Shown here: one piece after another, positions 1 to 8,325 of the stretch | Layout of the letters: the number at the start of each line of letters is the position of its first letter | Position numbering within the stretch: position 1 is the first letter of the stretch | Assembly: GCA_946965045.2 (NCBI GenBank) | Contig: OX337230.1 | Coordinates: forward strand, 2,046,001-2,110,000 | Source: Epithemia pelagica | Taxonomy: Eukaryota; Protista; Bacillariophyta | DNA length: 64,000 nt | Direction of reading: 5' to 3' | The notes under the pieces: generated by a model | Databases searched by the model: none | What the model saw: only the letters and a program-made list of their open reading frames with translations | Told to the model about the DNA's origin: nothing | Position numbers and translations under genes: made by a program

Positions 1-934
1 AGTGCACGATACAATAAGCCAAGCATGAGAACCCACAACATACTTGCAGAATCAACTGCCACAGGACAAGCATTTCTGATACGAGATTTTGTTGCTTGAA
101 GGAACAAGTCAGTTCGCCAAACAACTTCAAAAACTGTTCTGCAGGCGTTTGATTGACTGTGTTGCCGGAACCATTGTCCCAAAGGCCAAAGGTGTATGTA
201 TAAGTCCATCCCACTACAGCGTAATATCGAATGGCAAACTTGTCGGGCTTCGAAGGGATGTATGTCGAAGCCCTGGTCCTGGCTTTGGTCGGGCAACTTG
301 CTTCGTCGAGAGCAATAGGACCAATGGGTTGAGCAACTGAAGCAAAGTTACGAAGAATATGGCTCTTTGCAGCTCTCATTGACCACAGAGGGTCGTCAGG
401 ATTCTTTGCCATCGACTGAGAGTATATGCGAAGAGAACCACGAATGGCTACAAAGGTATCTCTCGACATGGTAGAAGAGAAAGCAGAAGAGCCCAAGAAC
501 ATCTTTTGACTCCACAACTCCTTCATTTGTGTAGAGTTACAGAGCGACATCGCAATGTCCAATCCCAACACACACCGAAGAGCTTTTGTGGTGAGTACAA
601 TTTTGGCTCTCTGTCCACTCTGCTTCTCTTCCAAGGCCTGTTTCGTTGCTTTGAACATGAATCGATCGATGAACCGAGGAGGGATAAAGAGGAGGAATAG
701 TCCTAATGGACCAGACTCCAAGAAGGCTTGTTGGCATGCCTTTGGATCATGTAGGTGAAGATCTGAGGAGGCGATTTGGTTGTCGATGTATTGGTTCTCG
801 CTTCGGTTCTTGGAAATATCCCCCAACTTGACCTTGCCATCACGGTGCAGACTTGTAATTACGTCGTCGTCCTCTTCATTAGCATCGTCATTGTCATAGT
901 TGAGCCGGACAGCGGCGTCAGAGGTACTTTCCAT
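1..934 (-). CDS. piggyBac transposase, N-terminal part (3'-partial)
   Basis: My translation from ATG 934 is open to position 1; it is absent from the ORF track because there is no stop in the window. Motifs: LGLFLLFIPP, ELWSQKMFLG, MSRDTFVAIRGSLRIY, DDPLWSMR, IALDEASCPTKARTRASTYIPSKPDKFAIRYYAVVG (first catalytic Asp region). Confidence 0.85.
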   Translation of the reverse strand, partial: MESTSDAAVRLNYDNDDANEEDDDVITSLHRDGKVKLGDISKNRSENQYIDNQIASSDLHLHDPKACQQAFLESGPLGLFLLFIPPRFIDRFMFKATKQALEEKQSGQRAKIVLTTKALRCVLGLDIAMSLCNSTQMKELWSQKMFLGSSAFSSTMSRDTFVAIRGSLRIYSQSMAKNPDDPLWSMRAAKSHILRNFASVAQPIGPIALDEASCPTKARTRASTYIPSKPDKFAIRYYAVVGWTYTYTFGLWDNGSGNTVNQTPAEQFLKLFGELTCSFKQQNLVSEMLVLWQLILQVCCGFSCLAYCIVH

Positions 935-1291
935 GGTTGAAAGAGACGATGGAGGTGCCTGGGTACAAAAATGAGTGGTGTGAAATTTCAGAAAAAACAG
1001 CAAAACTCAACAAGTAACTGGCAGATCATGATGGTCCGACCACCCATCGATAGAACACACTAAGACGCATCTATGGTAACAAACAGTACTCCGATAACAG
1101 AGAAGTCATTGACATATGATCGTTGCAAAATCTCAATTTTGGCAATTGATGATATTGTCATCATTTTTTGAATCACGAGTTGTTGGTCATAACTCACGTG
1201 GTGTTTTGTTAAATGGATTGCAATTTTGTTAACTATTTTTGATGACAAATTTGTCAGTGACCGGGCCAAAAAAAGTGCCGGGCTGAAAGGG
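1..1291 (-). mobile_element. piggyBac-family DNA transposon, one end only (continues beyond the left edge of the window)
   Basis: On the minus strand the element starts TTAA|CCCTTTCAGCCCGG (TTAA at 1292-1295, terminus at 1291), the canonical piggyBac end and target. It lies ~360 bp upstream of a piggyBac-like transposase ORF. Confidence 0.85.
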
Positions 1292-1459
1292 TTAACAGAA
1301 CTTAATAGAAATTTAGCAGAAAAAATCAAGACCCGATTGGAATAAAAACAGAAAAAGACTTCTCTCACATTATTTGAAATTTGAATACCCGATCATCCTC
1401 CTATACGTTGTATTACAATAACAGAATATAGGGTAACCTTACTCCTATCCCTATCCTAT

Positions 1460-1623
1460 TGTTGAAATTGTGGCCCATATTTGGCAATGAACGACGAATG
1501 TGTGGAATCTACCACGGCTATGTGGCCGATTTTGGTGGGAGCTGTGTACGACTCCCATCTGTGATCCAAGGTAGATTTGTCTGTAATGAACGTATAATCT
1601 TTCTGATAAGCGAACTTTTAGCA
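1460..1623 (+). repeat. 5' LTR (164 bp)
   Basis: TGTTGAAATT...TTTTAGCA. Identical to 7946-8109 except T1595 vs C8081. Confidence 0.97.
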
Positions 1624-1641
1624 GTTTATCAGACCCATTCG
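1624..1641 (+). promoter_or_regulatory. Putative primer-binding site
   Basis: GTTTATCAGACCCATTCG directly follows the 5' LTR, the expected PBS position. The cognate tRNA was not identified. Confidence 0.5.
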
Positions 1642-1670
1642 TTCCGTTTTTTCGAGTGAACTACATCACC

Positions 1671-3271
1671 ATGGTACTAACTGCTGCCCAGACGACGTCT
1701 TTCTTTCAAGATGCCGATCAAATGGGCATTCCCCAAGCAACGGTAACTCAACTTCAAGTTGAAGGAATTGGCACAATCCCTGACCTAGCTGATTTTGACA
1801 AGGAAACACTCCAGCAAGTGGCCGACAACTTACGGAAACCGGGTGGCAGAGTTCCAGATCCAAACCCTGGGGCAGCTGCAGGAGCAACAATTCCGACACC
1901 ACCATTCGTATTCGGCGCCAAGTCACAACACCGTCTAACTGTGGCATGTGAATTGGTACACTATTATAACACTGTTGGACGTGATCTGACCTCTGGGAAC
2001 ATGAAGTGGACCCATGTCATGAAGAACTTTGAAGCCCAATGGAAGGCATTGAAGGCACGAAAGGACTCAGATGACCCAGACGTCCCCAAAATCAGCAAGG
2101 CGCTACCTATTATCAAGTGGACCGAAGCTTTCCAGGACTACCTTCACCGTCTCATTGGAGTGAGAACCATTCCTTTGGCATATGTAATTCGACAGGAGGT
2201 AGATGTACCTGTGGTTCCACCTACCCAAGCCAACAACAAGCCACACTCGACAGTGTACAGCTCTATTGAAGTTGAGTTGGTGGCACGCGCATCTCACGAC
2301 CATGAACTATACAGAGAAGACAATGCATCTGTATACTATCACCTCAAGGAAGCAACTAGAGGAACGACGTATGCAGCGTCTATTAAACCTTATCAATGGA
2401 ATAAGGATGGTCGAGGTGCATGGACGGCTTTGACAAGCCAGTATGCAGGACAAGACAAATGGGAGGCTGAGATCAAGCGCCAAGACGACCTGCTTCATAC
2501 ACGAGTATGGAAGGGACAAAACAGTTTCCCGTTAGAAGGGTTCATTGCGCAACACAGAAATGCGTATGTCTCTATGCAGCAGTGTGCAGATCATGTTTCG
2601 TATCAACTGCCAAACGAACACACGCGTGTTGGGTACTTACTTGAGGGGATTCAATGCTCTGATGCTGGACTACAAGCCGCAATGGCAAGTGTCCGCACTG
2701 ATACTGACCCTGATGGGATGCGTTACAGATTTGAGAAGGCCGCGGCACACCTTCTGCCCTACGATCCTGTGGCCAAGAAAAGAGCCGCCGCCACTAATAA
2801 CAAGCGCAATGCCGCGTAAATCTCTTCTGTTGAGATCGATGACACTACCGTGACAGCTGAAGCGAGCTCCACGACTGCTGCGAAGAAGCAGAGCATTGGG
2901 AAGACGGGGGTCCATCTCCGATACCATACTCCCAGTGAGTATGACAACCTGACCGATGAGCAGAAAGACAAACTACGAGAATGGCGCAAAGCCAACCCTT
3001 CAAAGAAGAAGAACAACCAGAACGATAAGAAAGGGAAAAGCAACAAGTCTGTCAAACGGCAACTGGCCTCCGTCGTGGCCAAGGACTTAAAAAGTTTGCA
3101 AAGAATGAAATTGAAGAAGAAAAGGAGACGACCAATTTGCAAGCGCAAATTGCAAGTATGGTTCAAAATGCTGTCAAGGAACAGTTAGCTCTCCCACCTG
3201 CACCACCAGCCGCTGCTCCCAAGAAACCATCCACCCTCCAGTCCATCCTCAAGCAGGCGAAGTTCTCGTGA
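1671..3271 (+). pseudogene. gag: Retrotransposon gag, disrupted by a nonsense codon and a 1-nt deletion
   Basis: ATG at 1671. TAA at 2817-2819 is followed by in-frame coding sequence. A -1 shift at the A5 run (3089-3093) restores ...KKFAKNEIEEE...STLQSILKQAKFS-TGA(3269-3271). The repaired protein would be ~533 aa. Confidence 0.85.
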
Positions 3272-6200
3272 GGGCGTCCGGCCATGTCCTCATCCTTGAG
3301 AGGAGGGATATTGCAGCCGGACAACACAAAACCATGGGACCCTGGAGAACACGGAAAATTCGAGCATGAATGCCAATGCAGGCAGCATGAGTCCATTGTT
3401 CCAAACCGATGCTTTGCGATTGTTGCCGCTGCATCACTGGACAATGATGAGGAAATGCAGGACATGGATGGGGAGCATCGAACGGAGCTGGACAGCCATG
3501 CCAATATGCCTGTTGTCGGGCGGCATGGGTACATTATAGACAAGCATGGGAGGAAGGTCGACGTTAGTCCTTTCACACCCCAATACAAATCGATGCAAGC
3601 GGAACTGGTGGACGCCATTGTCCGGTACGATTGCCCGTATGCAAGGAAGCCATACCTTTTTGTCATTCAAAACGCCTTGTGGGTTCAAGCAATGGAGAAC
3701 AACTTGATCCCACCGTTCATTCTGAGAGAGGCAGGCATCAAGGTTAACGAGCGAGCGAAGATCCATACCGATGATCCGACCACAGACGATCATGCAATCA
3801 TCTTCCCGTCCACAAGCTTCCGGATCCCCTTGAACCTTTGGGGAATCTTCTCCTTCTTCCCCACCGTCAAGCCAACAGAAGATGACCTTGTTGCAGGACA
3901 TGACGTATACGTCCTGACTCCGAGCCGTTGGAACCCACACTCCGACGCTTATGAGACAAATGAGGCGAGCATGTTGGATTGGGAGGGCAACATTAAGGAA
4001 AAAAAGGACCAGTTGCAAATTGTCATTGACGATATCCCCAATCCGGAGGACGAAGCAGATTACCGTATCTCTTCCATGGAAGCACATGCAATCGATCGAA
4101 CATGTGCAGCACGAAACCATTGGAGGAACCATATGACAGAGAGTCGCAATTCTGCTGCCATTGAGCCATATGATGAAATCGGAGGACATCTATCTGGCAT
4201 ATCTTCGGTTCTTGTTGAATCCATGATGGCGCTGGAATTGGAGGAAAGAATGGTCCATGGCAAGGAAGTTGCAGCCATTGGGGCCACAACCATCCATGAT
4301 GAAAGCGATGGTGAGGACAAATGGGATGAACCCGATAGCGATGACGGCTCTGAGGGCGACGATGAGATGGATATCGATCTGAGCATGTTGGAGGACATCG
4401 ACCTCGATGAGTTCTTCGTCTCGAGTATGCATGCTGGCAAGCCCCAAGGAATTGGAGCCAAACATCTCGCCAAAGTATGGAGAATCAGTCACGATGATGC
4501 CAAACGGACCTTGGCTGTGACATCCCAGCGCGGCAAAAGGCCCGAAGATCCAACTCTGTCTCAGAATTATGGAACCAACGACCGAATGCTCCGGTACCGA
4601 CGAATAGAAGAATACTTCTACATGGACACCTTCTTTGCGACGAAGAAAGGAGGGAAATCGTCTCGTGGCCACACATGTTGCCAACTGTTTGTTACCGACA
4701 AAGGCTTCATGCATGTGGTGCCAATGAAGAGGAAATCGAAAGTTTTGATGGCCGTGAAAATCTTTGCAAAAGAAATTGGGGCCCCTGATGCGTTGATATG
4801 TGACATGTCCAAGGAACAAACGAGTTCCGACATGAAATTATTCCTCAACGACATCGGAACAACTCTTCGTGCGTTGGAAGAGGGCACGCCCTGGGCAAAT
4901 AAAGCTGAGTTGTATATCAAGCTGATGAAGGAAGCGGTACGCAAAGACATGCGCGAAGCGAACTCCCCGCTTCCGTTTTGGGACTACTGCCTAGAAAGGA
5001 GAGTCCGAATCTACAATCTCACGGCTCGAGATTACATCACCGTTCGGGGGACGAATCCCTACACCGCAACGCTAGGTGTTGAGGGGGATATTTCGAGTCT
5101 TGGACGATACCAGTGGTACGAATGGTGCTACTTCCGTGAGCACACAGCAAAGTTTCCCCACAACCAAGAGGTCCTAGGTCGTATCCTTGGACCGGCAAAA
5201 GGTGAAGGAAATGAGATGGCACAATGGGTTCTAAAAGCAAATGGAAATGTGGTGCCACGACGTTCTACCCGCCCACTACAAGAATCTGAAATCTACAGTG
5301 CCAGTGAGCAATCAAAGCGTGAGGCCTTCAACGCATTGATTGAGAGGAGGCATGGCACCTCCATACAACCACCACCTACTATTTCCGACGACGATGAAAA
5401 ATTTTATGATCCGTATGAGGACGACAAACAACCTCAATATACCACCCCGGACATAGAAGACACAGTCGACAACACGGGAAGACTCTTGAACCAATGCCCT
5501 GCCTACGACAGGATGATCAACGCTGAAGTGCAGATGCAGATCGGTGATGAGATCAGCAAGGGGGTGGTCAAGAGAAGAGCCATTGGGGCCGATGGGACAA
5601 CGTCTGGCAAATACCATGACGACCCATACAGTAACTCAATCCCCTACAAAGTCGAGTTCTTGGACGGCCAAGTCAAGGAGTATGCCGCCAATGTCATAGC
5701 TGAAAGCATGCTTGCCGAGGTTGACACAGATGGGAAACACCTGCGACTGATGGAAGGGATAGTCGAATGGAAAAAGGACGAATCCCTGGCCGTATCCAAA
5801 CGCGACAAATACGTCTATGACAGGCATGGTAAACGGAGGGCAAGGAAGACGACGAGAGGGTGGTGGCTGCTAGTCAAGTGGAAGGATGGATCCGAATCTT
5901 GGCAACGATTGGCAGATATGAAGGAATCATATCCTATTGAGACGGCCGAGTTTGCCGTTGCACGAGGATTGGAAGATGAGCCCGCGTTTCAATGGTGGGC
6001 CAAGTCAACATTGCGGCGCAGGGACGCAATCATATCGGCACTGAAGACACGTGCACGACAGATCCGGCACAAGTATGGTATAGAGATACCTACAAGTGTG
6101 GAGCATGCGAAGGAGCTTGACAAGAGAAACGGCAATGACTATTGGATGAAGGCTCTAGCCAAGGAGATGTTCAATGTTGGAGTCGCCTTCGAAATCCTAG

Positions 6201-7804
6201 CCGAAGGAGAAAAGGCACCCCATGGTTGGCACCTGGTAACCGGACATCTAGTCTGGGACGTGAAGATGGACTTCACCAGGAAGGCCAGGTGGGTCCTCGA
6301 TGGGCACAAGACACCGGATCCAGAGGCATCAACGTTTGCCGGTGTGGTGTCTAGAGAAAGCGTACGCATCGCTTTCACGTACGCCGCTCTGAATGGGCTT
6401 GATGTCTTCGCCGCCGACATCAGAAATGCGTACCTCCAGGCACCATCCTCAAGAAAGGATTATATTATATGTGGTCCTGAGTTTGGAATTGAGAACGTGG
6501 GCAAGGTTGCACTCGTTCATCGCGCGCTATATGGAGGGAAGACGGCGGGAAAGGATTTTCGGAACCATCTCAGGTCATGTATGAGTCATCTTGGTTTCAA
6601 GTCATGCCCTGCGGATCCAGATGTCTGGATGAGGCCGGCAGAAAAGTCTGACGGATCACCGTACTACGAGTATGTATTGCTCTATGTAGACAACGCCTTG
6701 GCCATCGGGGAGAGAGCGGAGAAGATTCTCCGGGAGGAAATTGGCCGATACTTTGAGTTGAAAGAGGAGTCGGTCGGTCCTCCAAGTCTGTATCTCGGTG
6801 GAAGAGTTCGGAAGGTTGTGCTTGAAAATGGAGCCGAAGCATGGGCCTTCAGTTCTTCGCAATACGTTCAAGCCGCCGTAAAGAATGTGGAAGATCATCT
6901 GTCCAAGGATGAGAACAAAAGGTGGTCTCTACCAAGCAAAGCAGACACGCCGATGAAGGCCAACTACAGAGCAGAACTGGATGTCTCAGCGGAGTTGTCA
7001 CCGGGAGACGCCTCGTACTATCAATCTTTGATTGGAGTTTTGCGTTGGATTGTCGAGTTAGGCAGAGTCGACATCTGCCTTGAGGTATCAGTGTTGTCGT
7101 CCCATCTCGCCCTACCGAGGGAGGGGCATATGCAACAAGTCCTGCAGGTATTCGCATACCTCAAGAAATACCACAACGCAGAGCTTGTGTATGATCCAAG
7201 CGATCCCATCGTTGACGAAACAGATTTTGAACGAAGAGATTGGACTGCTTCAGAGTTTGGCCATATTGATGGCAAGGAGGAGCTCCCACCCAACATGCCG
7301 GAGCCTCAAGGATTGGGGTTTGTGATTCGCGCCAAAGTCGATGCGGATCATGCTTCCGACACGGTATCGAGACGATCTCGAACGGGTTTTCTCGTCTATC
7401 TGAATTCGGCATTGACATATTGGTGGAGCAAGAAGCAAACATCAATCGAATCGTCATCCTTTGGATCGGAATTTATTGCTATGAAGCAGTGTTGCGAATA
7501 CCTACGAGGGTTACGGTACAAGTTAAGGATGCTTGGAATACCGTGTGACGGTCCAAGTTTAATCTATGGAGACAATCAGTCAGTGTTGGCGAACACTACA
7601 ATACCAGACTCGGCGCTAAAGAAGAAGAGCCAGTCTATTGCATACCATTTTGTGCGGGAGGGTGTGGCAAGGGACGAGTGGAGGACGACCTATATAAACA
7701 CTCATGATAACGAGGCGGACTTGTTGACCAAGGTCCTGCCAAATGGAGAGAAGAGGCGTGGGTTTGTTCGGAACTTGCTTCACCACATCTTTGGCACAGA
7801 GTGA
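3272..7804 (+). CDS. pol: Retrotransposon pol polyprotein (protease, integrase, reverse transcriptase, RNase H)
   Basis: Protease LDSHANM; integrase YMDTFF...ICDMSKEQ...NKAELYIK; RT KARWVLDGH, ADIRNAYL, ALYG, YVDN; RNase H VDADHA, SEFIAM, GDNQSV, NEADLLTK. The first ATG is at 3284, in frame with the gag TGA. Confidence 0.95.
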   Translation, partial: GRPAMSSSLRGGILQPDNTKPWDPGEHGKFEHECQCRQHESIVPNRCFAIVAAASLDNDEEMQDMDGEHRTELDSHANMPVVGRHGYIIDKHGRKVDVSPFTPQYKSMQAELVDAIVRYDCPYARKPYLFVIQNALWVQAMENNLIPPFILREAGIKVNERAKIHTDDPTTDDHAIIFPSTSFRIPLNLWGIFSFFPTVKPTEDDLVAGHDVYVLTPSRWNPHSDAYETNEASMLDWEGNIKEKKDQLQIVIDDIPNPEDEADYRISSMEAHAIDRTCAARNHWRNHMTESRNSAAIEPYDEIGGHLSGISSVLVESMMALELEERMVHGKEVAAIGATTIHDESDGEDKWDEPDSDDGSEGDDEMDIDLSMLEDIDLDEFFVSSMHAGKPQGIGAKHLAKVWRISHDDAKRTLAVTSQRGKRPEDPTLSQNYGTNDRMLRYRRIEEYFYMDTFFATKKGGKSSRGHTCCQLFVTDKGFMHVVPMKRKSKVLMAVKIFAKEIGAPDALICDMSKEQTSSDMKLFLNDIGTTLRALEEGTPWANKAELYIKLMKEAVRKDMREANSPLPFWDYCLERRVRIYNLTARDYITVRGTNPYTATLGVEGDISSLGRYQWYEWCYFREHTAKFPHNQEVLGRILGPAKGEGNEMAQWVLKANGNVVPRRSTRPLQESEIYSASEQSKREAFNALIERRHGTSIQPPPTISDDDEKFYDPYEDDKQPQYTTPDIEDTVDNTGRLLNQCPAYDRMINAEVQMQIGDEISKGVVKRRAIGADGTTSGKYHDDPYSNSIPYKVEFLDGQVKEYAANVIAESMLAEVDTDGKHLRLMEGIVEWKKDESLAVSKRDKYVYDRHGKRRARKTTRGWWLLVKWKDGSESWQRLADMKESYPIETAEFAVARGLEDEPAFQWWAKSTLRRRDAIISALKTRARQIRHKYGIEIPTSVEHAKELDKRNGNDYWMKALAKEMFNVGVAFEILAEGEKAPHGWHLVTGHLVWDVKMDFTRKARWVLDGHKTPDPEASTFAGVVSRESVRIAFTYAALNGLDVFAADIRNAYLQAPSSRKDYIICGPEFGIENVGKVALVHRALYGGKTAGKDFRNHLRSCMSHLGFKSCPADPDVWMRPAEKSDGSPYYEYVLLYVDNALAIGERAEKILREEIGRYFELKEESVGPPSLYLGGRVRKVVLENGAEAWAFSSSQYVQAAVKNVEDHLSKDENKRWSLPSKADTPMKANYRAELDVSAELSPGDASYYQSLIGVLRWIVELGRVDICLEVSVLSSHLALPREGHMQQVLQVFAYLKKYHNAELVYDPSDPIVDETDFERRDWTASEFGHIDGKEELPPNMPEPQGLGFVIRAKVDADHASDTVSRRSRTGFLVYLNSALTYWWSKKQTSIESSSFGSEFIAMKQCCEYLRGLRYKLRMLGIPCDGPSLIYGDNQSVLANTTIPDSALKKKSQSIAYHFVREGVARDEWRTTYINTHDNEADLLTKVLPNGEKRRGFVRNLLHHIFGTE

Positions 7805-7937
7805 ATGATAAGTGGATTATGCATGAGCGGAACCACTTGGTTGAATGGAGGTGGAGGTAGCATGATGCGAACCACCTAGGATGAATTAAGGACCACAAGA
7901 CGATGACAAACCAACATTGCAGCGGCAAGGTTGATTT

Positions 7938-7945
7938 GAGAGGAG
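7938..7945 (+). promoter_or_regulatory. Polypurine tract
   Basis: GAGAGGAG immediately precedes the TG of the 3' LTR. Confidence 0.75.
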
Positions 7946-8109
7946 TGTTGAAATTGTGGCCCATATTTGGCAATGAACGACGAATGTGTGGAATCTACCA
8001 CGGCTATGTGGCCGATTTTGGTGGGAGCTGTGTACGACTCCCATCTGTGATCCAAGGTAGATTTGTCTGTAATGAACGTACAATCTTTCTGATAAGCGAA
8101 CTTTTAGCA
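7946..8109 (+). repeat. 3' LTR (164 bp)
   Basis: 163/164 identical to the 5' LTR; followed by CTAT (8110-8113). Confidence 0.97.
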
Positions 8110-8325
8110 CTATTAACCGTATACGGAGGAAGTACCTAGAGAAAAATACTACTCCTACTCCTCTAGCAGAGTCATGATAGTCAATGGTGGGCGGGAGAGA
8201 AGAACGAGACAATGAACTCTTCGTCTTTGAACGCATAATCTATATTAGACTGTATTCTACTTTTCTCGTTTCTCCGTGTCCCCTCTGGGTTGGACCCAAA
8301 TAGCTGAATGCTCCGTTCAACGGTC

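Larger units (their letters stand above)
1460..8109 (+). mobile_element. Full-length Ty1/copia LTR retrotransposon (diatom CoDi-like), probably non-autonomous
   Basis: Two 164-bp TG...CA LTRs, CTAT on both flanks, gag followed by pol with the copia domain order PR-IN-RT-RH, and a purine tract before the 3' LTR. Confidence 0.97.

Noticed and set aside
1459-1659. 66-78-aa ORFs at 1459-1659 and 7903-8139
   Set aside because: They are incidental frames across the two LTR copies.
3086-3094. Programmed -1 frameshift at C-TTA-AAA-AG in gag
   Set aside because: It is not a canonical X-XXY-YYZ heptamer, and the -1 frame still meets TGA 3269 before pol. A 1-nt deletion or homopolymer error is simpler.
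3269-3322. Selenocysteine/SECIS reading of the UGA plus hairpin
   Set aside because: There is no AUGA/GA quartet, eukaryotic SECIS elements lie in 3' UTRs, and there is no redox-motif context.
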